From positions 2,575-66,574 of the forward strand of contig WJMN01000025.1 of the NCBI GenBank assembly GCA_014727925.1: 64,000 nt of DNA, written 5' to 3'. The position numbers were made by a program, and so were the translations under genes. This DNA is from Candidatus Micrarchaeota archaeon. Its GTDB lineage: Archaea > Micrarchaeota > Micrarchaeia > Anstonellales > Bilamarchaeaceae. Position 1 is the stretch's first letter. Every line of letters starts with the position of its first letter. Positions 47,571-57,319 of the stretch are shown here, piece after piece. Under the pieces are notes generated by a model. It was given only the letters and a program-made list of their open reading frames with translations. It ran no database searches and had not been told where the DNA came from.

Positions 47571-48320
47571 GTGAAAGATGTGCCGAGGGGAAGAAGAATC
47601 GTTATTAACAAGAAGATTGACGACAATAAAGTGGATAGCTTTAGGTCCCTGGACATGGGAGAAATAGAAGAAGAAAGGGCCGAAGTTGAAGGCCAGCTTT
47701 CTAGCTCCATAGAGGAAGTTATGGAAGCGGCCAAAGAGATGAACTCAAGAAAAAAGCTCAATGATGATGCACTGAAGAAAGGGGGCCTCTACTCAATCCA
47801 AGATTCATATGAACTCCTCAGGTCAAAAGGCATGGACATTTCCTTCAGGGCATTCGGCGGAAGGATAGAAAGGCGCAGCATACCCTCGGTAAAAATCGGC
47901 AAAAAGCGCTACATCCCGGTGCAGTCCCTTGAAGATATGCTAGAGATAGGGGACAAATTTTACAGTGTGCGCAGGGCATACGAAAAATACAAGAAGCACA
48001 ACAGGAATATCAACTACCGTGCATTCATCGGCAGGGTGGAAAAGAACTCTATTCCCTCAATAAAAATAGGCACAAAACGGCTTATACCAAAGGAAGCAAT
48101 AGACTCCCTCAGCCACGTTGCAAAGAAATATTATTCTGTAAGCGAGGCGCTGAAGGAGCTCCACAAGAGGGATGTGGAAATAAAAAGAAATGCGTTCGAG
48201 AGAAGGCTCGACAGGAACCGCGTGCCCCATGTGAAAATAAGCGGAAGGCGCTTCATACCGCGTGAAGTGGTTTCCGAGCTTATTGAAAAGGAGCTTGCAC
48301 TCAGGAAGAATAGCTACTGA
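47571..48320 (+). CDS. DNA-binding protein with three tandem excisionase/MerR-like (HTH_17) domains
   Basis: Three roughly 57-aa repeats of YS...........RAF..R.....IPS.KIG.KR.IP. Confidence 0.75.
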   Translation: MKDVPRGRRIVINKKIDDNKVDSFRSLDMGEIEEERAEVEGQLSSSIEEVMEAAKEMNSRKKLNDDALKKGGLYSIQDSYELLRSKGMDISFRAFGGRIERRSIPSVKIGKKRYIPVQSLEDMLEIGDKFYSVRRAYEKYKKHNRNINYRAFIGRVEKNSIPSIKIGTKRLIPKEAIDSLSHVAKKYYSVSEALKELHKRDVEIKRNAFERRLDRNRVPHVKISGRRFIPREVVSELIEKELALRKNSY

Positions 48321-48350
48321 ATTTAACCTTTTTCTTCCTTATTCTTCCCG

Positions 48351-50732
48351 ATGGTGAGAAAGAAGGGCGTTCTGCTCAATGTTGATTATATAGTTAGAAA
48401 TGGCCAGACGTATGCAAGGCTGGAGATAAAAGGCAGGCGGGCCTCTGCGCTTTACTACAAGTATGACCCTTATTTCTACGCCTACGCCCCCCCTGAAGCA
48501 CAGAAGGAAATAGAAGGAACTGTTGCCAGGGCAAAGGATGGGGAACTAGCGTCTCCAAAAAAAGTTGAGCCGGTAACAAAGATGCTCAACGGAGAGAAAA
48601 AGGGGATGCTAAAGATATGCTGCAAGGCCCCGAGGGACGTGCCCCTGCTTGAGGACAAGATAGAATTTGCCTGCTATGAGTATAGCATTCCCTTCGGAAG
48701 GCGGTTTTTGATGGATTTTGGGCTTGTTCCCCTTTCCATAATAAAATATGAACGGGAGGGCAGGTTCATAAAGAAATTCCTGGGTTCGGATGGAAGCGGC
48801 GGTAACCTGCTCAGGGGCCTTTCCTTTGATATTGAAACATATAATCCCGAAGGTGCTTCCAGGGAATCAAAAGACCCTGCCCTGATGATAAGCTATGCCA
48901 CAGATGATGACAGCGGAGTGCTTACATATAAGGACATCCCGGGTAAAGAGTTCGTCCATAGCCTAGATGGGGAAAAAGAGATGGTTGAAGGGTTTTGCTC
49001 ACTGCTTGAGGAAAAGGACGTAGATGTGCTGATGGCATACAACAGCACCAATTTTGACCTCCCCTACCTGCTAGAGAGGGCAAAAAGAAACAAAATAGAG
49101 CTCCCCTTGGGCAGGGACGGCTCATCCTACAGGAAAGCGAAGAAAGGGCTGATTAACCCGCTTAAAATCCGGGGAAGGATACATGTGGACCTTTACCCAT
49201 CTGTACGGTTTTTCGGTTTCACAGGTATGATACAAAGCGGGGACTACACCCTCAAGAACGTATATTCTGCAATAACCGGCAAGAAAAAGAAGATGGTAGA
49301 GAGGAGTGACATCTGGAAGATGTGGGATAGTGGGGAGCTTGAAGAGCTCTCAGATTATTCGCTCGCAGATGCTGTATGCACACATGAGGTAGGAAAGCAC
49401 ATACTGCCAATACAGATGGAGCTTAGCGAGATAACCCGGCTCCCGCTTTTTGACGTTGCTTATTCAAGCTCAGGGCAACTGGTGGAATCGCTCCTCATGA
49501 GCGAGGCGATAAAAAAGGACATCTTAATCCCTCCCAAGCCCAGCGGCTCTGCAGTCAATGCAAGGGCCAAGAACCCAATTAAGGGAGCATATGTGAAACT
49601 CCCGGAGCCGGGAATTTACGAAAATATTGTAGTTTTTGACTTCCGGGGCCTGTACCCGAGCATAATCTGCTCATACAACATAGACCCCGACAGGCTAGAC
49701 AGGGAGGGGGAGAGCTTTGAATCCCCTACCGGGGCAAGGTTCCTCAAGGAACCTGTAGGGCTTATTCCAGAGGTTTTGGAACGGCTTATAGACAGGAGGG
49801 CAAAGATAAAAAAGAGGCTCAATGGGGTGGAAAAGGGCTCTGTTGCCTACAACAGGGCATATGCAAGGAGCTATGCGCTCAAGATACTGGCAAACTCATT
49901 CTACGGGTATCTGGGGTATGCGCGCTCAAGGTGGTACAACAGAAACTGTGCAGAGAGCGTTACCTCCTGGGGCCGCCAGCACATAAAAGAACTAGAAAAA
50001 AAAGCAGAGGGGGCAGGATTTCGTGTTTTGTACATGGACACAGACAGCGTATTCCTGCTTTTGGGAAATAGAACAAAGGAGGATGCCCTTGCATTCCTTG
50101 AGGGGGTGAATGCCGAACTGCCCGAGAAGATGGAGCTTGAGCTGGAGGATTTCTACAGTAGGGGGGTTTTCGTGAGCAAGAAGCACCAGAAAGAATCCAC
50201 CGGTGCAAAAAAGAAGTACGCAATGCTTGCTGAAGACGGAAGCATAAAAATAAAGGGCTTTGAACTTGTCAGGAGGGACTGGTCGGCCGTTGCAAGAGAC
50301 ACCCAGAGGAGGGTACTAGAGGCCATCCTCAAGGAGGGGAGCAGGCAGAAAGCAGTTGAGATAGTCAAGAGTGTCATAGAAGAGCTGAAAAAGGGAAAAA
50401 TGCCCATGGAAAGAGTATCCATTTATACCCAGCTCAAGAAGGATCCCAAGAATTATGACATCAAATCCCCGGAGCTTTCTGCAGCGCAAAAAGCGATGGA
50501 GAGGGGCAAGAAAATAGGCAGGGGGAGCATACTCTCATATGTGATTACCCAAAAGGGAAAAAGTATTTCAGATAAGGCAGAGCTTGCCGAGTTTGCCGAG
50601 AATTATGACCCCCAGTATTATATTGATAACCAGGTTCTGCCTTCGGTGATGAAGATCCTGAAGGAGCTTGGGTATGATGAGTATGAATTGAAGCACGGGG
50701 GGAAGCAGAAAGGGCTTGGGGACTGGTTCTAG
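48351..50732 (+). CDS. polB: family B DNA polymerase (PolB3-like) with intact exonuclease and polymerase motifs
   Basis: FDIET, YNSTNFDLPYL, YSLAD, DFRGLYPSII, KILANSFYGY, YMDTDS, KKKYA and RRDWS motifs. Confidence 0.96.
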   Translation: MVRKKGVLLNVDYIVRNGQTYARLEIKGRRASALYYKYDPYFYAYAPPEAQKEIEGTVARAKDGELASPKKVEPVTKMLNGEKKGMLKICCKAPRDVPLLEDKIEFACYEYSIPFGRRFLMDFGLVPLSIIKYEREGRFIKKFLGSDGSGGNLLRGLSFDIETYNPEGASRESKDPALMISYATDDDSGVLTYKDIPGKEFVHSLDGEKEMVEGFCSLLEEKDVDVLMAYNSTNFDLPYLLERAKRNKIELPLGRDGSSYRKAKKGLINPLKIRGRIHVDLYPSVRFFGFTGMIQSGDYTLKNVYSAITGKKKKMVERSDIWKMWDSGELEELSDYSLADAVCTHEVGKHILPIQMELSEITRLPLFDVAYSSSGQLVESLLMSEAIKKDILIPPKPSGSAVNARAKNPIKGAYVKLPEPGIYENIVVFDFRGLYPSIICSYNIDPDRLDREGESFESPTGARFLKEPVGLIPEVLERLIDRRAKIKKRLNGVEKGSVAYNRAYARSYALKILANSFYGYLGYARSRWYNRNCAESVTSWGRQHIKELEKKAEGAGFRVLYMDTDSVFLLLGNRTKEDALAFLEGVNAELPEKMELELEDFYSRGVFVSKKHQKESTGAKKKYAMLAEDGSIKIKGFELVRRDWSAVARDTQRRVLEAILKEGSRQKAVEIVKSVIEELKKGKMPMERVSIYTQLKKDPKNYDIKSPELSAAQKAMERGKKIGRGSILSYVITQKGKSISDKAELAEFAENYDPQYYIDNQVLPSVMKILKELGYDEYELKHGGKQKGLGDWF

Positions 50733-51676
50733 TTTTTCTTTTCGGGTTTCTTTTCCTCTTCCCCATTAAGTCTGCAAACTGATTTCCAGAAGAAGAATCC
50801 GACTACCGAGAAAGTAATTATGGGTGAAACCCAGGATGGAATATGAAACCCAAAGCTGTCGAGAACCATTATTAGGCCAAGGAAGAAGATTGAATACATT
50901 GCCCCGTTTTTCAGGAATACATACTTCTTTACATTCTCTATGTTGCGTATCGTAAGCTCACGCACCACAAATGCACCGATTCCGTTTCCAATCAGGATGA
51001 GCGGGACTGAGAAGGTAAATGCAAACGCGCCTACAACTCCATCTATTGAGAAAGTTGCATCAATAACTTCTAGGTACATGAGCTTGCTGAAGTCTGTGAG
51101 CTCTGCCTTTCCCTCCCTGAGCCTTTCTTCCTGCAGCTCCGCGTTCTGCTTGAAGCCGTGGACAATAAAGAAGGCAGTTGAGCCGACAACTGCACCAAAT
51201 GCAAGAAGCGGGTCAAGGTTTATTGCATGCCATGTTACGTATGCGAGGATTATGGACACTATTGCAAAAAACCAGACTCCTTGCTTTCGGAAAAACCTCT
51301 CCGTGGGCAATCCAAAATGCTTGGGCTCAAGAAAAAGCCAGTGGAAGAATAGGAAAATAAGGAACATGCCTCCGGCTATTAGGAGAACCGGGCCGCTCTG
51401 CTCCATCGCCGCTACAACTTCGGGGTCGCTTGAAAGAGTGGATGTAAATACCTCCTCTATTGTAAAATGCGGGTTTGCAACCCAGACAATTGCTGCAGGG
51501 AGAAACCCCCTTACCATGAATACTGCAATCAGGATTCCCCAGAGCAGGAACCATTTCCTTGCCCTCTCGCTCATCTTTGAGAGTATCTCTGCATTTATCA
51601 CTGCATTGTCCAGGCTGGTAATGGTCTCGAAGAAAACAAGCCCCAGGATTGTAAGCGATAATGCAAAGAAATCCAT
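50729..51676 (-). CDS. TerC-like / DUF475 integral membrane protein
   Basis: E..TSLDNAVINA, FL.WGIL.AVF..R, YLEV.DATFSIDGVVGAFA and YV.LKNGA.Y motifs. Confidence 0.88.
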   Translation of the reverse strand: MDFFALSLTILGLVFFETITSLDNAVINAEILSKMSERARKWFLLWGILIAVFMVRGFLPAAIVWVANPHFTIEEVFTSTLSSDPEVVAAMEQSGPVLLIAGGMFLIFLFFHWLFLEPKHFGLPTERFFRKQGVWFFAIVSIILAYVTWHAINLDPLLAFGAVVGSTAFFIVHGFKQNAELQEERLREGKAELTDFSKLMYLEVIDATFSIDGVVGAFAFTFSVPLILIGNGIGAFVVRELTIRNIENVKKYVFLKNGAMYSIFFLGLIMVLDSFGFHIPSWVSPIITFSVVGFFFWKSVCRLNGEEEKKPEKKN

Positions 51677-51735
51677 TGGATAGTGATAAAAAGGGAGTTG
51701 TTTTTATTTATTAGCATTCAGGAGCAAATATTGCA

Positions 51736-54027
51736 TCAAATTGCCTCAACCCTGGTTGGCCCAAGGCTTTCCTTGTCCCTTGAGAATTTATAGCTCCTTG
51801 CAAAACCAGAGCTGATTAAATCCTCTTCGTGGGTTATCACAAATGACTGGGGGATTATCTGGGGTACCTTATTCTCAAGGGCTTCAGAAAGTGCATGTAC
51901 TGCATCCCGGTCAAGATTGTGGGTGGGCTCATCAAGCATCATCCATCCGACTCCCGGAGTAAGCACGGTTGAGAGGGCGATGCGGAGAGTAAGGGAAAGG
52001 CAGGCACGCTCGCCTCCTGAGGCCACCTTCTCCAGGCGCCTCCATTCCCCATCATAGACTTCAAAGAAATAATCCTTTTCTGTAGCGCTCAGCCTGATTT
52101 GCCCGTAATCCGCATATGGATAGATTACCGGCCATATCTCATTCATTGCCGAGCTTATTGTTTCAGTCAGCTCAGAGCGCAGTTCGCTCTGCAAATCAAG
52201 GAGTGAGTTCTTGTAAATAACAAGATCCTGCTCCAGGCCCTTGAGGTGGACTGCCTGCTCCCGTGCATTTTCCATCTTCTTAATCCGCTCCTGGAGCAGA
52301 GAAACCATCTCTTCGGACGCTGCCCTTTCCCTGTTAAGCATCTCAAGGCGGGAAGACGTTCGCTCTTCCTTTATGCGGGATTCCTCCAGGGATTTTCTTG
52401 CACTTTCAAGCTCGGTTTCGCTGAATTTGATTGACTGGAGGGTAGCCTCTGCATCCCTGCACTCTTTTTCCCTGGCCTTTAGGGATTCCTGTTTGCGAAG
52501 CAGGGATTCCCCCTCCCTGTATTCTAGGAGGGTTCTTGAATGCTCCTGCCCGAGCCGTTCCCTATCTTCGTGGAGGGTTTTTTTCCTTGAGTTGGATTCA
52601 GAAAGACGCTTTTTAAGTAAAATTTTCTTGTTTTCAAGCTCTGGAAGAGCGTCTGCCCTGGAGCTGAGCTCAGGGAGTTTGCCCTGTAGCTGCTCAAGCC
52701 TGCGAAGCGATTTATGCAATGTTGAAAGCTCTTGCTTCACCCTGGGAATGGATTTTTTGAGTTCGGAAAGCGCCTGTTTCTTTGTTTCTATTTTGCGTTT
52801 TTTGTCCAGGAGTACCTGCTGCTTTTTTTCAGGGGGGAGTCCTGAGCCGCACAGCGGGCATTCTGATTGCTCCGGTTGCAGGGCTGCCGCAGACTCTTCT
52901 AGATCTACTATCTCATTCGCAGTTGATTCTGATTTAGAAGAGGAGGAAACAAGCTGCTGCTCCTTCTTTTCAGCAGATGCCCGCAGCTCCTCCGGGCTTC
53001 CGAACTTTGCAATCTCTTTTTTGAGCGAGGAGAGGGAGTCAGAAGATGCTTTGGCTGATTCCAGGAGGGCAGAAACCCTTCCAAGCTGGCTTGCAAGTGC
53101 AGATGCCTCCTCCTCCAGGGTGCGGATTTCAGAATCCAGTTTTTCCCTGCGCTTTGAGAGTGCATTCAGCTTTTCCCTGTGTGCTGAAAGGGATTCCCTA
53201 GAAGGGCTTTTTCCTTCCAATTCAGAAGAGAGCTGCTCAAGGCGGGCCCGGGAGCGCTCCATAAGGCTCTTTGCAGCTTCCCTTTCCTTTCTCGCTTTTT
53301 CCAGCCTGGAAACGGATTTTTGAAACGGGGCTATTTTCCCCCGGAGTTCAGAAAGCGCTTTTTCCGTTTTTTTCTTCTCTTCAAGCAGGGACGAGAGCTT
53401 TTCTGTTTTTTCAGCATGTTCCTTTTTGCATGATTCATGTTCTTCAGGGTTGTAAATAGAAGAAGCTGATGCTGCCTCACTTGAAACCCGGTTAAGAATG
53501 TAAACAGAATTTGCCCGGGCAATCTCAAAACGGTCCAGGCCGAGAAGCCGGTCCATTTCCTTTTTCCTTCTGCCTGGGTCGATGGTAAGAAAATAATCTA
53601 TATTGTTCTGTTCAGAATAAACTGCCCGGGTAAAGAGGTCATAATCCATCCCCAGCAGGGAAGAAACCGCCTCGGTTACCCTTACCTGGCCGGTTTCAAG
53701 CACATTCTCCCCCTCATAAAGCTTTGCTGCCGCAGAAAGCTTGTTTCCTTTTTTCCTTAATATACGGTGTAATCTGTACTTTTTCCCGTCCTGCTCAAAG
53801 CCCAAACCAATATGGGCTTCCTCCTCTCCGTGCATAATCACGTCTCCTGCTGAAGTTTCCCTCCTTTTAAGGGCAGGGAAAGAGCCGAACAGGGCATAGC
53901 TGAGGCCATTTAGCGCGCCGCTCTTTCCGCTTCCCATTATCCCTAGAATGAGGTTTGTCCCCCTTCCAAACTCTAAAGTGGTGTCCTTGTGGGTTCTCCA
54001 GTTCTTCAGGGAAAGAGAAGTTATCAT
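51736..54027 (-). CDS. rad50: Rad50/SbcC-type SMC ATPase
   Basis: Walker A GIMGSGKS, Q-loop YSEQ, coiled coils, zinc hook CPLCG, ASGGE signature, LDEPT..LD and ITH. Confidence 0.88.
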   Translation of the reverse strand: MITSLSLKNWRTHKDTTLEFGRGTNLILGIMGSGKSGALNGLSYALFGSFPALKRRETSAGDVIMHGEEEAHIGLGFEQDGKKYRLHRILRKKGNKLSAAAKLYEGENVLETGQVRVTEAVSSLLGMDYDLFTRAVYSEQNNIDYFLTIDPGRRKKEMDRLLGLDRFEIARANSVYILNRVSSEAASASSIYNPEEHESCKKEHAEKTEKLSSLLEEKKKTEKALSELRGKIAPFQKSVSRLEKARKEREAAKSLMERSRARLEQLSSELEGKSPSRESLSAHREKLNALSKRREKLDSEIRTLEEEASALASQLGRVSALLESAKASSDSLSSLKKEIAKFGSPEELRASAEKKEQQLVSSSSKSESTANEIVDLEESAAALQPEQSECPLCGSGLPPEKKQQVLLDKKRKIETKKQALSELKKSIPRVKQELSTLHKSLRRLEQLQGKLPELSSRADALPELENKKILLKKRLSESNSRKKTLHEDRERLGQEHSRTLLEYREGESLLRKQESLKAREKECRDAEATLQSIKFSETELESARKSLEESRIKEERTSSRLEMLNRERAASEEMVSLLQERIKKMENAREQAVHLKGLEQDLVIYKNSLLDLQSELRSELTETISSAMNEIWPVIYPYADYGQIRLSATEKDYFFEVYDGEWRRLEKVASGGERACLSLTLRIALSTVLTPGVGWMMLDEPTHNLDRDAVHALSEALENKVPQIIPQSFVITHEEDLISSGFARSYKFSRDKESLGPTRVEAI

Positions 54028-54125
54028 CAGAGTAATTTTATAGAAAAAAACATAAAAAGGAAGCCAGGGGTGATTTCCGGTGGGCTGCGAAGAGCATAAA
54101 AAAAGTCCGCATTAATGTGTAAAGC

Positions 54126-55124
54126 ATGCGAATGATGCTTTTGCTATTTATTGCAGGAATTCTGCTTCTGGGCTTCGGGTGCCCTTCAGAAGAAAACGGG
54201 GAAACTGTTCCTGAGGGGGAGACTCCGGAGGAGGAAGGGGAAGGCCCGGGGGAGGAAATTGAGCCTCAGGGAGAAAACCAGACCGGGGAGGGGCCAGGAA
54301 TAACCCATTGCAGTGATGGGACCCCGGTAGGCGAATGCTCAGAAAACCAGCCAAGAATATGTGACACGTATGGAAACCTGGTGGAGGATGCAGATACTTG
54401 CGGATGCCCTGAGAATTCAGTGAAAAAGGGCAAAACCTGCATTTTCAATTGCGATGACGGCACAAGGATAGGAGAGTGCTCGGAGGAAAAACCATATTAC
54501 TGCAACTCAAATGCTGCTCTTGAAGAGCGCGCAGACCTTTGCGGGTGCCCGGAAGGGTATGATGTCTATAATACAACATGCAGGAACTCCTGCGAAGATG
54601 GAACCCTGATGGGAGAATGCTCAGAAGAAAACCCGCCTCTTTACTGCAACGAGGAATACGAAATGGTGATGAATCCCCCGCTGTGTGGGTGCCATCCATG
54701 GGAGCTTCTCAGGGATGGAAAATGCTTTGACCCTACTTCGGTAGAATATTCAATGAATGAGGAGATTCCGGTGGAAGAAAACATTACCATGATTCTAGAA
54801 GATGCAGATGAGATGAACTGTGATGATGGGCTCTATATGCGGGTCAGGCTAACAGTTGAAAACAGGGGGGCAGAAGACATTGAGATAACCCCCTATAACT
54901 TCAAGGTATTTTGCGATGAGAGGAGAACCGGAATAAACAGGCCTGAAGGGTGCACTGTTGCAGACCTCTTCCGGTGGGACGACATAGATGCAGGGGAAAC
55001 AGAAACCGGATTTGTATGGTTCAAGGTAACCGGGGGCGCCGGGGATTACCATGCAGAATATCTGCACAAATACACGCCCTCGGTCCTAAAGGAATTCTAT
55101 ATAGCTATGGATGAGGAGGATTGA
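54126..55124 (+). CDS. Cys-rich lipoprotein with three 6-Cys repeats and a C-terminal beta-sandwich (DUF4352-like)
   Basis: GFGC lipobox; C.DGT..GECS...P..C...CGCP...C three times; V.LTVENRG...I and GETETG.VWF.V. Confidence 0.75.
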   Translation: MRMMLLLFIAGILLLGFGCPSEENGETVPEGETPEEEGEGPGEEIEPQGENQTGEGPGITHCSDGTPVGECSENQPRICDTYGNLVEDADTCGCPENSVKKGKTCIFNCDDGTRIGECSEEKPYYCNSNAALEERADLCGCPEGYDVYNTTCRNSCEDGTLMGECSEENPPLYCNEEYEMVMNPPLCGCHPWELLRDGKCFDPTSVEYSMNEEIPVEENITMILEDADEMNCDDGLYMRVRLTVENRGAEDIEITPYNFKVFCDERRTGINRPEGCTVADLFRWDDIDAGETETGFVWFKVTGGAGDYHAEYLHKYTPSVLKEFYIAMDEED

Positions 55125-55593
55125 TTTGGTGGTTGGAGGGCAGCTTCAAAAAAGCCGGGTAAAGGTTTTCTATTTTTCAAAAAGCGGGAACACGAAAAAG
55201 GTTGCGGAAGCGATAGCCGATGAAATGAGTACTGAAGCTCTTGAAGCAGAAGCAGTGGGAACCGGATACGACATGCGGAAGTGCGATCTTCTTTTTGTGG
55301 GAAGCGGAAACTACCTCTCGGGGCCTGCAAAGGAGATGGTCGAATTCATTGAAGGGCTCTTGCCGGCCGAAGACAGGAACGCTGCAGTATTCGGAACCTC
55401 TGGGGGGAGCGGGAAAAAATATCTTGAAAAAATGGAAGAGCTGCTTGAAAAGAAGGGGATACGGATTCTCGGAAAATGGGACTGCCCGGGCCAGGAATTC
55501 TCCCTAAAAAATAGGGGAAGACCCAATGAGGAAGACCTTTCAGGGGCCCGGGATTTTGCAAAAAAAATGTTGAAAAAAATAGAGATTCTTTAG
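55111..55593 (+). CDS. flavodoxin-family protein
   Basis: YFSKSGNTKKVAEAIA FMN loop, DLLFVGS, AVFGTSG and GRPNEEDL..A..FA; start uncertain. Confidence 0.88.
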   Translation: MRRIDLVVGGQLQKSRVKVFYFSKSGNTKKVAEAIADEMSTEALEAEAVGTGYDMRKCDLLFVGSGNYLSGPAKEMVEFIEGLLPAEDRNAAVFGTSGGSGKKYLEKMEELLEKKGIRILGKWDCPGQEFSLKNRGRPNEEDLSGARDFAKKMLKKIEIL

Positions 55594-56294
55594 CTGTTGC
55601 TTTTTGCTGGCTGCAGCACCTCATTTACATTGTGGGTTGGAGGTGCAAGGAATCCCCACCAGGGGCCTGCTTCTTCAACCATCTCTCCTGTCTGCGCACT
55701 TACGAGGTATTCTGTCTGTGAATCAACCGGGAAAATCCAGAAGAACTTCCTCTGTTCCTGCACCCTGAACCGGTAGGCTGGACCTTCAGAATGCATCTCC
55801 AGGACCATATCCTGAACCTCGGCATTCTCAAGTTCCTCACTTATTACCTGGGAAGGCATGACCTTGATTTGATGCTGGTTTCCGTTGTGCTCCAGATACA
55901 CATTCTGGTTCTGGACCATCAGTGTTTCATTGCAGGAAGCTGAAGCACCATCAGATGTCAGTATTGTCTTTTGTTCCTGCTTCTGGACCTGGAAAAGCTG
56001 CTGCCCCATCTCCTGGTTTCCCTGCTGGCCTGCTTCGACAACTTCACCCTGGGAAACTTCTTCAACAGCCCCTCCTTCGCCCCCAACAGCAATGGAGTCT
56101 CCTTCCTCATTTGTCATTACTACCCCCCCGGGGGTGGTTCCGCTTTCTGTTTCTTCAGTTTCTGCTTCAGTGGTTGTGGTTGTAGTGGTCGTAGTGGTTG
56201 TGCCGCCTACTGTTACTGTTTCCCCGACTCCCACTGTTGTTCCTGCAAAAATAAGTCCAAACAGCAGGAGCATTGCGAGTATTCTTTTGTACAT
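55590..56294 (-). CDS. secreted protein with Thr-rich linker and PepSY-like C-terminal domain
   Basis: Signal peptide, poly-Thr run, K.FWIFPV.....VSAQTGE.....PWW.FL. Confidence 0.65.
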   Translation of the reverse strand: MYKRILAMLLLFGLIFAGTTVGVGETVTVGGTTTTTTTTTTTEAETEETESGTTPGGVVMTNEEGDSIAVGGEGGAVEEVSQGEVVEAGQQGNQEMGQQLFQVQKQEQKTILTSDGASASCNETLMVQNQNVYLEHNGNQHQIKVMPSQVISEELENAEVQDMVLEMHSEGPAYRFRVQEQRKFFWIFPVDSQTEYLVSAQTGEMVEEAGPWWGFLAPPTHNVNEVLQPAKSNS

Positions 56295-56331
56295 GAAACA
56301 ATAAGCTCCTCAAGGAATAAAAATGAGGGGG

Positions 56332-56943
56332 TCATGCCCCAGGTGAAGAGCCGGTTATCGCGCTTATCAGGTAGATGGTTATTGCACACACCACGCCAAC
56401 CATGAATGTTTTCATGGCAGAAATTGCAATGTTCTCCTTGGACAGCTTGCCTAGGAAAACACCCAGGAACACAAAAATCAGCAGCCAGATTAAGAATGAG
56501 AAATAATATGCAAGCCCCATATCAAGAAAACCTGCAGATGAAGAAAAAAATGGAATGAGTATCACCAGTATTGCAAAAAGGGGGGAGAGGCCATTTATCA
56601 AGGAAACATAGCAGGTTGCAAATTTGTCTGCCTCTGATATTTTTGTTTTTTCAAGGCTCTTCAGCATCTTCTGCTCAAGATCTCTCCGAGCCTTTGTACG
56701 CTCTGCGCTTTCAGAAAGATATGTGCCCCAGACCCCGGAGATGAAGATGGCAGCTCCCGCACCAAGCCCGAGAGTTACTATTGTACCTGGGCTCGTTATG
56801 CCTGCAAGAAAAGAGCCAAGCAACACTCCGAAGATAGTAAGGGTGCCGTCAAATGTGTTCATTACGAAGTATCTGCGGGCGAGCTTGGACATCCCTGTTA
56901 TGTGCTCGTAATTGGTGATTTTTTCCTGGAGCTCTTCTGGCAT
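56332..56943 (-). CDS. VIT1/CCC1-family metal transporter
   Basis: RRYFVMNTFDG.L...G, SG.WG.Y.SE.AE and several TM segments. Confidence 0.85.
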   Translation of the reverse strand: MPEELQEKITNYEHITGMSKLARRYFVMNTFDGTLTIFGVLLGSFLAGITSPGTIVTLGLGAGAAIFISGVWGTYLSESAERTKARRDLEQKMLKSLEKTKISEADKFATCYVSLINGLSPLFAILVILIPFFSSSAGFLDMGLAYYFSFLIWLLIFVFLGVFLGKLSKENIAISAMKTFMVGVVCAITIYLISAITGSSPGA

Positions 56944-56956
56944 TTATCCCACTGGT

Positions 56957-57247
56957 TCAATCAAACCCTTCATACCTGGGGGTACCCTCCCTGACCGTAT
57001 ATGCGTGATCTATGGAGTGGATTGTTGCCCCGGTGCTTTCAATAACCTGGTTAATCTCAAAATAACTCAGGTTCTTGCCCCGGACTGCTATCTTTACATT
57101 TTCAACCTTCTTGTCTATCTCAAGCAAGTCTATGTAAACCCCGTCAACACCCTCAAGCGCAGTTATGTTGCGGGCCACTTCAAGTATCGAAGGTTCCATG
57201 GGCTTTAGCACATCCAGGACAATCTTTCTTACTCTGACATCTTCCAT
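56957..57247 (-). CDS. DUF211-family protein
   Basis: RKIVLDVLKP.EP, GV.GV, EID and G.TIHSID motifs; typical partner of the VIT1-like gene. Confidence 0.85.
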   Translation of the reverse strand: MEDVRVRKIVLDVLKPMEPSILEVARNITALEGVDGVYIDLLEIDKKVENVKIAVRGKNLSYFEINQVIESTGATIHSIDHAYTVREGTPRYEGFD

Positions 57248-57319
57248 AGGCAATATCAATAAACAAAGAATATAAAAATAGGGGGGGAGTTTTAATGCCT
57301 TTTTAGTCAAAATGCAGAT

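Noticed and set aside
47571..50732. Provirus, casposon or pipolin (Xis-like gene plus PolB)
   Set aside because: PolB looks like a cellular B3 type with uracil-pocket-like residues; no integrase, Cas1, capsid genes or terminal repeats.
52241..53323. 360-aa + strand ORF, also 50940-51683
   Set aside because: Antisense shadows of rad50 and the TerC-like gene.
56169..56200. GTGGTT-like nucleotide microrepeat
   Set aside because: Encodes the poly-Thr linker with varied codons; not a contingency locus.
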